NCBI GenBank assembly: GCA_976551045.1 | Contig: CDPCPM010000125.1 | Coordinates: forward strand, 1,302,001-1,366,000 | Length of the DNA stretch: 64,000 bases | Direction: 5' to 3' | Source of the DNA: Glaucostegus cemiculus | Lineage: Eukaryota | Shown here: in pieces, positions 40,401 to 54,169 of the stretch | Numbering within the stretch: position 1 is the stretch's first letter | Layout: each line of letters opens with the position of its first letter | The notes under the pieces: generated by a model | What the model was told of the DNA's origin: nothing | Database searches by the model: none | What the model saw: the letters and a program-made list of their open reading frames with translations, nothing else | Position numbers and translations under genes: made by a program

Positions 40401-41596
40401 CCAAATATGCCTTCTCAATTTAACATCAATCGACTTCTTTACCAAATATTCCTTCATATATAATGCAATTTTCTTCAAAAATATTCCTGTTACTGTGACG
40501 TTACTGTCAAAAATCAGCGTTTATTGGCCATCACTATTTGCCTCTTGAGAACAGAAGATGCCTTCTACTGAATAGTTTGCTGAAACCTTCGAATAGGCAA
40601 GCACATGCGATGGATCTCAATTAAGCGTGGTGGTTTTCCGTTCATTAGATTCCGTTCATTTCAGACATTGCAGAACCTAGATGTTACGACAATCTAGAAA
40701 TGTGTGTCTTCATAATCAATAGCAATATTTCTATTTTTCTGCAATATTATCTGAACTTTCATGCCACTGCTGTCACAATACGATTTCAGCTAGTGTCTGT
40801 GGATTGTTAATCTTTGACTCTGGATTACTGGTTTCAATTTAACCAGGAGAAAAGTAAATTCGGTACTTCTGAGGAGATATCGAAGAGAGACAACACATTA
40901 AATGAGCGCTTTGCATAATATTTATATTTTCATTCCACGAGGGCAATGCTGAGTTTTCAGTTCATTGTCCGTTCCATTTCCAATTCCTATCTACTCTGAC
41001 CTCTTCTTTCTGGTCTCCTGCACTGTTCCCACCAAGTCCGTCATAAAACCAATGAGCAGTGCTTTGTTTTTCGTTTGGTCACGGTACTTATCAGTGAAAT
41101 CAACAATTCCAGATAGCTTCTTTCCAGCTTGCGTCAGTCTTGTCAGTTCTGATGCAAAAGCATCAACCTGTAACCATAATTTGGTTCTTACTTTCTGAAT
41201 ATTCTTTTGCCTGTCGGTGTTCTTTCATTTCAATTGTCTAATAATTACTCCATTGAACATCTCGTAGGTCACCCTCCATTTCTTCCTATCACTCTCTATC
41301 GCTCTGATATTTTCCTATTATCCTGTTATAATCAACCGAAGTCATGCATCCATAGGGCTACCAGCATCCAGGGCACTTATGTCATTCAGTAAGTCTTATT
41401 TACCATGCTATCATTTCCCTTTGCTCTTTCAAAACTCACCGCTTCTCTGCAAATTAATGGGCTTTTAACAAACTTCCCCAATTTCTAATGAAACAGAATG
41501 ACCCTGCATTGTGAACTCGGTTTCTCCATTCTCAGATAAGCTTCCATTTTACCTTTTCGGTGATAATTAAGCTCCTTTATTACTCAATTGTTGCAG

Positions 41597-41623
41597 AGAT
41601 CCATATAAAGGAACTGGAAAAAG
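41597..41623 (+). CDS. Micro-exon 17, 27 nt, (K/E)IHIKELEK
   Basis: ttgttgcag|AGATCCATATAAAGGAACTGGAAAAAG|gtaaag. Confidence 0.85.
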
Positions 41624-43473
41624 GTAAAGTAAATTATTTCGGATCTGAATTTCCTTGTGGAATTGTACGTCTAATATCACACAATGACGATATTTCGACG
41701 ACAAAGAGGAACTAACGAATACTCTCTCTCTATCTCTCTCCCTCGCTTTCTCTTTCTATCCTGACGATGCCAGAAAAACAATTTATATATATATATGTTT
41801 ATAACCTAAACCTGGTGCATCAGAGAAGACAACGTTAACGTTTCGCGTTAAACATCGCAGTTGTTCGAGGAATAGCTCGACGACTTATTCAATATCTGTC
41901 ACTGAAATAAGTTGTCAGCCTCCACCTAGAAGTAGCCCAGTCTTGCCCAATATTGCATATTTCAACAGTGTGTAGTGCAAAAGCTTAGGCTTGAAGCAAA
42001 GTCCCGGCACCCGATGATTTCGAAGCGCGCTTTCGGTTATCTATATGCAGCAAATAAGAAGATGTTCAAGGAAAATGTGCAGAATTTAATGCATATGTGT
42101 TTCAGATTTTAAGTTTATATTTTAAACCTATTATTCTTTTTAAAAGATAACTATTTCATTACTCTTTAAATGCTTCTTAATGTCAGAAACATTTAGAAAC
42201 TGGATTTCAAAGCTGTTAAGTCAGGTACAAATAGGGATAGTCGTTTATGTTTGTTAAATTTTTCACTGAACTTCTGAGAACGGCCTTGGCCGTGGTGTTC
42301 CTGGATGCCCAGAAATCATATGTATATCGTTTCCGCAATAGATGTATTCCACGCGTGCTGCCTAATTTCGAGGAGATAGCATCAGCTCATTCCCTGCGGA
42401 GAGACGTTATTCTGACTAGATCTGCCCCATATTGCATAATCTTCAGGATTCATGCTCTGATTTTTGTACTTCTACATGTAGGCCAGCAGTCAGTAATCAT
42501 GTGGGAAACTTCAGCAAGTTCTTATGAATTCAACTTTTCCAGATAGTATTCCACTTCAAATAAAAACACAGTAGAACACGTAAAAATGTCAGCAGGCCGT
42601 GATTGCCAGATTGCGTCTGCTCCCACAAGTTTGTGTTGTATCGCACTCACGTTGACATCCGCGTGCACACTAATGCTTCAAAAGCAATTCATATGATTAC
42701 GTACAAAAGGGTCCATGTACCATAGTACAATTCACACCTCTGCACTCGAAGGGGTCATTTGCAAACAGCCAATCAAAAATAACTACTCTATCGGAAGTCA
42801 CATGTACAATGTCCAAATCTACTGACAGAGTGACGGTAAATCTGCAGTTATAACCATCAGAAAATTGCCGAAAAACACCAATAATGCTTGAATATTTGAA
42901 ATAAAACATGGTCTATCTGATGTCCTGAACAGCTGTTGTTCTCCTGAAGGAAAAACAGAAGCCTTCGCTGTGCTTGTTTGCCCGTGATGCAGAGTGATCT
43001 TCCAACGTCCATTGTAGTTTAACCAATGTCCAATCAGTCTCATCCTTCAGCTTGATCATGGCAAAATGGACGGAGCCCAGTGATTTCCTGGACCGCTCCA
43101 TACTGACTACTGCTTTAATCGTTTAACATTGACGGCTGCTAGTTTGGAATGGCGGTGTGAGAGGCAGTGGTTAATGAATGGCCGGGAGGGAGATTAGACT
43201 TGCAGTTCAAGTATCTTGTTCTTCAACTTGTTCTCCGAAATGTCGTCAACCCACTACTTACGACATTATTTATTTGGTTCTGCTCACATTTGTAGCCACC
43301 AGAATCAGATCTCTTTAGACAACAAGAAAAAAAAGGCGATTCGAAGTCCTAAATGGCATCTGCTGTGTAAAGATTTTTTATCAAACATTTCCTCGGAATG
43401 TTCCAAACGTACCTGGTGCAAATAAGCCGCACATGCCCAAAAATGTTCTATATTAAATGTATTTTCTTCGCAG

Positions 43474-43509
43474 ATGTGGATAAACTCAACATAGCTATTA
43501 TTGATAAAG
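43474..43509 (+). CDS. Micro-exon 18, 36 nt, DVDKLNIAIIDK
   Basis: ttttcttcgcag|ATGTGGATAAACTCAACATAGCTATTATTGATAAAG|gtaatt. Confidence 0.85.
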
Positions 43510-44990
43510 GTAATTGCTAGATGGCACAGGCGCGTCATTTCGCGCGGGACATTATAGTGTGGAGCAATTGCTTTCATCTTGTGATTCATTTTACACCAGT
43601 TGCATATGTTTTCGTGTGTAGGACCTGTGCATTCAAAGTGGCACATGTAAATATTGTTACGTTTCCAAAAATAAATTAAGATCCCCGATTATCCGATCTA
43701 GAGAAAACGTCGTTAGTAATTACGTTGGTAGAAATAAATTGTTTGCTTTGCTTATGTATTTTCCTTTCGCTGATCAAAACTCATCCACCCAGACAAAGCC
43801 GCGCAGATCAGTCGAGCTGCAAAGAAGATAACGACCAAGAATAGATCATGGGCGATTTTCTCAATACCCAATGCGTATAATCATTGAGAAGCACCACATT
43901 CAACCGAAATTTCCACTTTCTGAAATAGATAGCTACCATGTCAAGCTTCAGGAAGGGGAGGGAGGAAGAGTTTAAACAAGCTTTGATATATCATTATTGA
44001 ACTATCTATCAAAGAACATTTCTCCATAATCCTGAAAGTACTGAGCGTCGCAAGTCACTTGGTAGATGCATTCTATCGACAAGCAGCTCCCTGCATCGTT
44101 AAAATAAGTGGCTAACCGAATGCAGCTCCAACAGCGAACCACTGAGTGGTGAAAAGATGTGGCCTCTATAGACCTTAGTTATGTAATTACATAATGCACC
44201 AATAAACCATGCCCGCACTCCTGTTACATTCTGTCACGAATGGTAGTGGATAACTAAAGACCTGGAGTCACAACTAAATCCCCAGGAACATCAGCTTGAA
44301 GAGCGAAAACATGCGATTGGAATGTATATACAAATCGGTTAATGCGTTGTTCAGTTCCCAGCATCAGAAAGGTCGGTACAGCCAACCAAATGCTCCTTTG
44401 GCATTATATTTCTTTTACATTTTGGTTTCATTGTTTGCATTGTTAAGACGTTTCTATTTCAATGTGTGACGAAACTAAAACTTCTGAAGTGGCCTTCACA
44501 ACACTGGGAGTTGGCAAAGCTGGGGTGAGATTTTGCCGACCAATAATTTTTGGGGGGTGTTTCTTCGATGGGTGAAATCCTGTCGTCTGTTGCTAGACGC
44601 TCTACTCGCTTTCATTCCTTCTGTTGCAAAACAATTTGACCCAGCAACATATCCGTACTAGACGGCTGCGGCTTTGGGAGGCCATCTGCATAAATGCCGG
44701 ATGGACGATGAAATTAGCAAGGATGCGCATGTGTGTTCTTGAACAATTTTCACCTCCACTAATTTCACTTCAAGGTATAGCCAGAAAATTTCGATTTACA
44801 ATCTTACCTGCCTTGTGATCTGTGAATTAGTGGGTGCTCTCTTATTAAAAGTTTCTTGCAGCTGGATAAACGAAATAACGTCATACGTTTTTTAATGCAT
44901 AGAAGTTCTGTTTAATACTACATTGACCTTCATCGACAACCTTAATTCAGTTCAAGTATCGCAACAGTCTCCAACATGTTTTAAAAACAG

Positions 44991-45017
44991 AAAAAGAGCT
45001 GAAAAATAAAGACAAGG
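44991..45017 (+). CDS. Micro-exon 19, 27 nt, EKELKNKDK
   Basis: ttttaaaaacag|AAAAAGAGCTGAAAAATAAAGACAAGG|gtaagc. Confidence 0.85.
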
Positions 45018-45529
45018 GTAAGCGAACAATTAATTTTTCAAAGTTGCACCTGGAATTTTCAAAACAGACCGTTCACCACGCACACCAGACATTAGAATTA
45101 ACCATTTGGAAGATTGGGCCCAACTAAAAAGGCTTCTATCCACTGGAGTTGAAAATAACGCAACTGATTTGACAGGGTTAAACCGGAAATGGAGGTACCT
45201 CCTCTGGGAAAGATTATAAATAATCATTATTGCTTAAAAATAAAGTGTTCCCGACTGAAGAGCGTGATGAGGTGATCAGTTTGTGTTTGCCATGGAGGGC
45301 GCTGAGTTCTGCATTGCTATTATTCAAAGAGAAAAGGGAAAAGACCTTTTGTATATTTTATGGCTGATGTATATAGATCATTGACAATAAAATGGCTGAA
45401 CGAATACCGATATCAGCGGGAAAATGCTGTTGAGTTTACAAGCAGAAGGGTTAACATCTTATTGAATCCTGGGACAGGATCTGGCGGAAGAGTAGATATT
45501 ACCTGCCCCTAATTCATAGAATCATAGAG

Positions 45530-47568
45530 CTGGTGTTGGTATTAGTATTGGTTTATTTTTGTCACTTGTACCGAGGTACAGTGAAAAACTTGTCTTGCAT
45601 ACCGATCGTACAGGTCAATTTATTACACAGTGCAGTTGCATTGAGTTACTACAGAGCGCATTGATGTAGTAGAGGGTAAAAACAATCCCAGTGCAGAGTT
45701 AGGTGTTAGACCTACAAAGAAAGTGCAGTGCAATAAGGTGAAAGGTCACAACAAGGTAGATCAAGAGGTCAGAGTCCACCTCATTGTATAGGGGAACCGT
45801 TCAATAGTCTTATCACAGTGGTGAAGAAGCTGTCCTTATGTCTGGTGGTTCGTGCTTTCAGATTCCTATATCTTCTCCCCGATGGATGAGTTATTGTATC
45901 ATGCTGGCTGCTTCACCAAGACAACGAGAGGTAAAGACAGAGCCCAAGGAGGAGCGGCTGGTGTCCGTGATGGTTTGAGCTGTGTCGACAACTATTTGCA
46001 ATTTCTTGCGGTCCTGGGCAGAGCAACTGTCGTACAAAACTGTGGTTCATCCAGAGTAGATGCTTCCTGTGGTGCACCGGTAAAAGTTGGTGGGAGTCAA
46101 AGGGGATAAAACATTTTTTTTTCGCCTCCTGAGGAAGTCAAGCCGATGGTGAGCTTTATTGGCCGTGGCGTATCCGTGATTTGGCCATGACAGGTTGTTG
46201 ATATGGTTCACTCCCAGGAACTTGAACTCTAAAAACTCTCGGCCTCAGTACCATTAATGTAGTCAGGTGCATGTACACCGCCCCCTTTCCTGAAGTTAAT
46301 GACCAGCTCTTTTGTTTTGTTGACATTGAGGAAAAGGTTGTTGTCATGACACCATTCCACTAAACTCTCTATCTCCTTCCTGTGCTCCGACTCATCAGTG
46401 CTTGAGATATGGCCAGCAACGGCGGTATCATCTGCAAATTTGTCGATGGAGTTAGAGCAAAATTTGGCCAGACAGTCATGAGAGTATAGGGAGTAGACTA
46501 GAGTGGAAGGTTGAGGACGCAGCCTTGTGGGGAACCAGAGTTGAGAATACTCGTGCCGGAGTTATTGCTGCTTATCCTCACCGATTGAGGTTTCTTTGTT
46601 AGAAAGTCTAGGGTTCAGTTACAGAGGGAGATGTTGAGTTGTAGGTCTCAGAGTTTGGTGACAAGATTGTTTGGGATTATTGTATCGAAGGTAAAGCTGC
46701 TGTCAATAAACAATAGCCTCACGTTAGTGTCTTTACTGACCAGACGCTTCAGAGCTGAGTCTAGGGCCAGCGGGATGGTATCCGCTGTAGACTTGTTTCC
46801 ACGACAGGTGAATTGCAGTGGGTGCAGGTTGTCTGGGAGGCTGAAGTTGGCGCTTTCATGACCAACTTCTCAAAGCACGTGATGATAGTGGAAGTCAGAG
46901 CCACTGGTCGGTAGTTATTGAGGCATGTTGCCTTGCTTCTCTTTGGTAAGGGGATGATAGTGGTCTTCTTGAAACAGGTGGGAACATGATATTGAAGCAG
47001 AGAGAGGTTGAATATGTCCACAAATACCTCTGACAGGTAATTAGCACAAGATGTGAGCACAAGGCCAGGGACACCATCTGGGCCAGGTGCCTTCCTGGCG
47101 TTCACTTTCTGGAAGGCTGACTTTGTCCTCCACTGTGATCATAGGTTCACCTGAATTGGAGGCTATCAGGGTGCTTGGTGAAAGTCCAACTCCCTTCTGT
47201 TCAAAACGGGCATAGAATGTGTTAAGATCATGTAAGCTCTCCCATAACTGACGGCTAGTCAGGGTCTCTATTTTGAGTGGGTAATGCCTCTTAGCATCCC
47301 TGATAGCTTTCCTAAAGTCATACCTCGATTTCTTGTGCAGAACAGAATCAGCAGATTTATGAGCAGCAGTCCTCTACTTCAGTAGGGAGTGCATCTCCTG
47401 GTTCATCCATGGTTTCCTGTTTGGGAACACCCGTATTCTCTTCTTCGCTACACAGTCCTCCATACACTTGCTGATAAAGTCTGTGATGGTGGTGGCAGAC
47501 TAATCAATGCTGGTAGCTGAGTCTTTGAGCATTGACCAGTCCACAGTCTCAAAGTAGTTACGTAGGAG
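45530..47568 (-). mobile_element. Rex1/Babar LINE (~2 kb, decayed) inserted in a CR1 tail
   Basis: NARKAPGPDGVPG...VPTCFKKTTIIPLPK...CLNNYRPVALTS; 3' UTR shared with the copy at 53185. Confidence 0.9.
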
Positions 47569-47569
47569 A

Positions 47570-48750
47570 TGCGCAGCTGAGATACAGGTCCTTTGAACCA
47601 ACCACTCTATGCAAACTATGGTACCAACCGGAGTAGATTCAGTTTCCTGCGGTGGGCCCATATCCTTCTAATCCCCGCCTTTCCATGTACCTATCCAAGT
47701 GATTCTTAAATGATGCTAATGTACCTTCCTCAACCACTTCCTCTGGCAGCTCATTCCATGTAATCATCACTCTCTGAGTCAAATGATTATCTCTCTGGTC
47801 CCTTTTTAAATCTTGTCCCTCTCACCTTAAACCTATGTCGCCTTGGTTTGGACTTCCCAACCCTGGTGAAACAGAGTTAACATCCAAATTATCTTTGTCC
47901 ATCATGATTTTAAACATTTCTGTAACGTCCCCCGTCATTTTCATCCACTGCAATAGCCTAGCCAACCTCTGCATATCAATTAGGCTCTCTTGTCCTGGCA
48001 ACAACCTCGTAAATCTTTTCTGCTTTCTTTATGGATTAACCACGTCTTTTCCCAAAGTAAGGTGATCACAACTGTACCCCATACACCATGTGCGGCCTCA
48101 CAAACGACATGTCCCAACGACTATATTAAATGCCCTGACTGATGAAGGTCAGCATGCTAAACACATTTTCACCATCCTGTCTATCTGTGACCCCACTTTC
48201 AAGGATCTATGCATTTTTAATCCAAGGTTCTTCTGTTCCATTGCATGACTCGGTGCCCTACCATTCATAACATAAGTCGTACTCTGGTTTGACTTTCCAA
48301 AATGCATCATTTCACACTTAACTCTATTTAAGTTAATTTGTCATTCCTCAGCCCGCTTCCCAGATTGATCAAGATACCCATGCAATCTGGCATAACCTTC
48401 TTCACTATCAACAACACCTCCCAGTTTCGTGTCATCTGAAAGTTTACTGATGAAGCCTTGTGCATTCTCATCCAAATCATTTGCACAAATAGCGAACAAG
48501 GGTCCCAACACTGACCACTGCGGCACATCACCAGTGACTGACCTCAATACCGAGAAAGAACTTCGACCAACATCCTCTGCTTCCTACCTCCGAGACAATT
48601 TTGAACTCAGCTAACTAGTTCTCCATGGATTCCAAGGCACATAACCTTCCAGTCCAGCCTACCATGCAGAATCTAGTCAAAGGCCTTGTTCAAATGCAAA
48701 TTGACATTATCCACCGGCCTACCCTCATCTACGATTTTGATTACCTGATT
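47570..48750 (-). mobile_element. CR1 LINE 3' fragment (its tail lies at 45516-45528)
   Basis: SVTGDVPQWSVLGPLF...NDLDE...ISKLSDDTKLGGVVDSEEG RT motifs. Confidence 0.88.
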
Positions 48751-49578
48751 CGTGCCGTCATTTCATATCACTCAGAAGACATACAAAGTAATGGCGGATA
48801 TAAATATTGTCATGCTAGTCCTTCTGCTAAGTTAGTCTCGATGCTTAAATGTAAGAGAATATTTCTGGCTTATTAGGGATTCATATATGTTTGTGTTCGT
48901 CATCAAATATATTATCACGGAAAATATGTTCTGTACGCAGTAACTCAATGTTTTCTGTCAAAAAATACTGACCAATATTCAAACCAAGGCTGAGACATTG
49001 AACGCAAATGCATTGATCTAAATTCTAGACACTAAAAGAGTGCAATTGGATGGAATCTTATCCGGTTCAAATGAACCTACTGCATCCAGCTAACGACTAA
49101 CTGTTGGACTCTGCAATTAGCGTATTCTGAATACAGCGCTTGTACTCTGTGTTGTGAAATGTTCGAATGCTTTGGAGGACAGAAAATGGAACAGGTGATC
49201 TCTTGATCGATTTTAAAATATACCCCTTCCCTTCACCGGTTGGGTGATGAATGTAATTTAAACGGGAAGTGAATGCGTGTGTTTTGATATCACATTTAAA
49301 ACAATTAGTTTGTATTTTATGGGATTTACTGTATGTTCACCAATTGAATATAAATATCTCTGGTCATTAGAGATAGCAAAAAGCTGGGCCATGGTCCTGA
49401 GTTTCACGCGGTATAAAGTAAATCTATAATCCAACACATTTCCAAGTGACAGGATTAAGAAAAATAACCGGCTTGATAGAATAACATTCGACATTATGGT
49501 GAATGGTATGCTCAAGTTTGACCTTGAGGAGAGTAGCATCTTATTTTTACTGCTTTCTCCTGCACCCTGTGTTCACAG

Positions 49579-49605
49579 AGATAGCGCAAATTAACAACAC
49601 ATATG
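49579..49605 (+). CDS. Micro-exon 20, 27 nt, EIAQINNTY
   Basis: ctgtgttcacag|AGATAGCGCAAATTAACAACACATATG|gtgagt. Confidence 0.85.
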
Positions 49606-50079
49606 GTGAGTGGAAAGGTTTACTATGGGAATTAAATTCAGTGACATTAATGGGATAAGTCGGCAAACTTAAATTCTGTTTGTGTCTTTCTACCTGCTCT
49701 CTGATTGCTCTAGCCGGTTAATAAATGATTTCTGTCCGTCTTCCCGTGCAAATCGATGCAATAACTATATCTTTACAGTTTGGACATTGCTCTCAAATAT
49801 TTCATGAACCAGCACCTGATGTTTTTTTTTATTTTGCCCGAACATTATTTAGGGAACATGGCATTACCCATAAAAAGTGAACATGGCCTGTGAAATAGGT
49901 TAATAATAGGGTTTCTCTTCTGTTTAGCTTCCCATTACATATATCCGTCTATTTGGGACGCAATTGGATCAGTTCCGTCATCAAATATTTCTCGTCATAC
50001 CTTCACCGGCGCTAGATCTAATTCCTGTAAAACAACATTTCTCATAAAGTTGTGATGATCTGACGAACATCTGTTGGCT

Positions 50080-50870
50080 TCCTTTTTGGAAGTCAAAATG
50101 TAAGAGGAAAATATACACTAAATGGCAGAAGTCTACGGAGCAGTAATGTAGACGGGGATCTTTACAGAGGGTGCAAGTCCATAGTTCCCTGAAGGTGGCG
50201 ACACAATAGATAGGGTCGTTAAAAGGAGTATTATAAGCGTGTGTTTATCAGTCAGGGCATTGAGCAAATAACTTTGGAAACCATGTTTCAATTGTACAAA
50301 CATTTAGTCAGTTCATGATTGGAGTGTTGTATGCAGTTCTGTTTGCCGCATTAAAAAAAAGAAAATGGAGGCTTTGGAGAGTGAGCAAAAGAGGTTGGAC
50401 AACATATTAACTCGATTAGATAGTATTTGATATAAGAAGAGGTTATACACACTGGGATTGTTGTCTCCGGAGTGCCGGAGGCTGGGGGTGAACTAATAGA
50501 AGTACATAAAATTTTGAGTTTCAAGGATATAGAGAATCGGAGTGTTTTCCAACGGAATAAAATGTCAAACTCTGGAGGACATAGATTTAAGGGGGGTGGG
50601 GATTTTAAGGAGATTGAAGAAGCAAATTTATTATACAGAGCGTGGTAAGTGCCTGGAAAGCGCTGTCACTGGAGCTCGTGGAAGGAAATGCAATAAGCAC
50701 GTTTGAGAAACGTGTGGACAGATACAGGGTCAAACAGGGAATGGAACGATAAAGACAACATGAAGGCAGATGAAATTAGTTTACATTGGCATCGCTGTCA
50801 GCACAGACATTGTGGGCCGAAGGGCATGTTCCTGTCTTGTACAGTCCCAAGTTATGTGTTCTATTTTCAT
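50080..50870 (+). mobile_element. Degenerate CR1 3' fragment
   Basis: gtgcaagtccatagttccctgaaggtggcgacaca..., ttggagtgttgtatgcagttctg, gacattgtgggccgaagggc. Confidence 0.8.
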
Positions 50871-51340
50871 GTGGTAATCACGTTGCTCAATTTACAGGAT
50901 CCATTATTAATCGCCCATCCTTCATTTTCCACGAATATGTGATGGTTAGGCACCTTCCAGGGCTATTTTGATTTACCTCTGAAGATGGCTCTGTTGGGCA
51001 GAGTTTGGCAGGAATTAGCTCCAGCGTTATGTTATCCAAGTTATGACGAGACATTTCTCCATCCGAATATTGTGAACCTTGGTGTTCCCTGCGCCTGAAG
51101 CCTGTGTTTTATTGTTTACAACTTTATGAATTTGGAAAATACAAATGAGTGGGTTGCCGTGTGAACACAGTAAACTTCATATATCCTTGCGCCCTTTTTG
51201 GACACTTTACAATCGACTGTTCAATTACAATCACCTGGCAAGCCTCATTTTAATCAAATTACTGATCACGCATTCGAAGTGCCTTATTATATCTAATGTT
51301 CAAATTGGATTATCCTAACTCGAACATATGTCCATTTCAG

Positions 51341-51367
51341 AGGATAACATCGCAGAAAAAGACCTAG
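51341..51367 (+). CDS. Micro-exon 21, 27 nt, EDNIAEKDL
   Basis: tccatttcag|AGGATAACATCGCAGAAAAAGACCTAG|gtaaat. Confidence 0.87.
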   Translation, partial: RITSQKKT

Positions 51368-53184
51368 GTAAATTTATATTTCATTGTCTGGATTCATTCT
51401 CTCAAAACAAAACAATTAAGATATTTCTTTCGGAGCCGTCTGGAAATAAAGAATGATATTTCTGAAAATGTGTTCCATTTACGACGGAATAAGGAGTACT
51501 GTTCTTTCTCGGAGGGCCGTGATTGTATGGTCGTCCTTAATCCAGACATATTCGGAGGTAACTTCGTGTTGTTCTCTTTAATTGTGTGCGATGCCATTAT
51601 GGATTTTGCACTCATCATTTCATGACTTTATTATTTGTTGCTCCCGAAAAGAAATCGACTGCACATGGTATTTCGTGGTGAACTGCGGTCCAAGTACTGA
51701 GCACATCTAAGTCAACGTAGGAAGATGAAAAAACAGAGTTAAAATAACGATGACATGTGATGAACTTGGATTACCAGATGGCAAATAATAAGGTTTGTCA
51801 TAACAAAAAAAAAGTGCCGAATTATACATGAGAATTTGGAGAAAATGTGACAGATTATTGGATAGAAGCCACAAATTGGAAGCTCGTGATTAAAGGAGAT
51901 GTGTTCGGCCCGGCATGCTGAAATTAATCGGACTCCATAACTATATACAATCCGTATTAATTATTTGGATGGGAAATCCGAATATGCAGTCGGTAAATTT
52001 TCTTATGTCACAATGATAGCCGAGAGTGACACATATCGACTTAAAGATTCTAAGATAAAATTTCTGGAGTTGGCAAAATATGGCTTATGAAGCATAGATA
52101 GCGGAACTGGCAGGACGATGGAGCTGTTTGGACATGATGGTAGGGACTGACAGATAACATTTAAATGGTCAGGTGCACTTGTATGGTTTTTAATATTCTT
52201 TTCAATTTTTAGACTCCCTGGTCCAAAATCCACAACCCTCTCTCTCAACGGCTAATGGTATTTTGCTGCCTGCGATGTGGCAACTGACTCTAAAGCGGAC
52301 GTGGCTGAACTCCATACTTAATTTGCCAATCTTCATTCTTCCCTACTTCGGCAAGAATTAACCAGTATATACTGCCGAATTGACGGGGAACAATACATTT
52401 CTTCCAAGAACGAAAATTCAGTTTACTCAGAGAAAGTCCTGCCGAATTAATCTTAATGTGTCTGCGTGTTTTATGCAGGGAGGACAAAAAGCAATCTTTT
52501 CAGAAGATTGTGTGAAGACGAACTGTCCGTCTACCTTAATATGTTCACTGTCAATTTAAGCAGCGATAATGTCATTCCTACTTTTCACATGCAGCAGTAA
52601 CAGTTGCAGTGGAACTATCAGCATGTGCATCTGCTTTGGTTGGAGATACAGACCAGAGTTTCGCATTCAGGAAGATAATCATTGGGCATCGAATGAAGGT
52701 TTCATCCGTTCTAAGGGTGGTCATAGTCAGCAATTCATCAGCTGCAAAAGTGGCTCACAGAGTCCAAATAAAGTACTGTGGGAAGTCCGATAAAGCCACC
52801 AAAGAAAGATCCTGGCTGACATTTCCACCTGCATTAGAATTGCGTTTGCAATGAATCTTCTTGCGCCCAAATAACACGTGATTTCGAAAAATGTGGTACC
52901 CTTGACAGTTTCCAATATCTGAACTGTCGACTGTGAGTCTCAGACAGAGAAAAGCGTTGCCATCACCTTCTCTTTGGCTTATACAATGGTCTCAACTCAC
53001 GTAAGTGTATCTGGCTATTTTGGTAGTCGGGGGAGGAAGGCAATAATGCACGAATGAGTAAGAAACCGCAATGTATTTAAGGTAGATGTGAGTTATGAAT
53101 CAGAAGGAAATCGTGGGAGTGATGAGAGTCGCGTTAGGGTACCGAATAAGGATAAAGAAGGAAATATCAGCTTTGGTTGAGAGT

Positions 53185-53720
53185 TTATTAGTATTGGTTT
53201 ATTATTGTCACTTATACCGAGATACAGTGAAAAACTTGTCTTGCATACCGATCGTACAGGTCGATTCATTACACGGTGCAGTTACATTGGGTTAGTACAC
53301 AGTGTATTGAGGTGGTATTGGTAAAAACAATAACAATACAGAGTAAAGTGTCACAGCTACAGAGAAAGTGCAGTGCAATAAAGTGCAAAGTCACAACAAG
53401 GCAGATCGCGAGGTCAAAGTCCATCTCATTGCATAAGCGAACCGTTCACTAGTCTTATAACAGTGGGATAGAAGCTGTCCTTAAGTCTGGTGGTACGTGC
53501 CCTTCGGCACCTGTATCTTAGACCCGATAGAATGGAGAACGTTCTGGGTGGGTGTGGTCTTTGATTATGTTGGCTGCTACACCAAGACAACGAGACGTAA
53601 AGACATAGTCCAAAGAGGGGAGGCTGGTGTCCGTGATGCCCTGGCACTATCCACAACTCTCTGTAGTTTCCTGAGGTCCTGCGCAGTGCACTTGCCATAC
53701 CAAGCCGTGATGCATCCAGA
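53185..53720 (-). mobile_element. Rex1/Babar 3' end, same subfamily as 45530
   Basis: tattggttt.tt.ttgtcactt.taccgag.tacagtgaaaaacttgtcttgcataccgatcgtacagg shared with 45546; RARTTRLKDSFYPTVIRL. Confidence 0.88.
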
Positions 53721-54169
53721 AGGCAACTTCATTGCTAGTTCTGTTATTCAGAGATATACCACTTGTTAGTGGGAGTACATCTTTTGAATAGTAATCATGA
53801 CATAGTAGATGAATGCTGAGGTATCAAGTGAAGAAGAACGTCTTAACTAGCAACAGATAACTTCAGTGGGCAGGAGGTGATGGGACCAGTCTAATGCCAA
53901 ACCCAACAGCAGCAACTAAGTCAGTAATGGAACGACGGAGTCGAATGACTACACAACCTAAGTACAATTTGCTACATTGCCGCAACAGTGGTAAACAGGC
54001 GATGGATGGAAATACTGGAACATACTGAATAACAAAGGAGATACGATTACCTAAATATGTTCGTTATTAATATATGGCATGCAACTAATTTAAATAGGAA
54101 GCAGGCAACACATCAGAAAGTGTTGTTGATATGTTAAAAATGATTACTAGTAATTATTATCTGTCGGTG

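Noticed and set aside
39762-40478. 238-aa minus-strand ORF, the longest in the track
   Set aside because: Low-complexity read-through of a decayed Penelope region with no protein-like motif.
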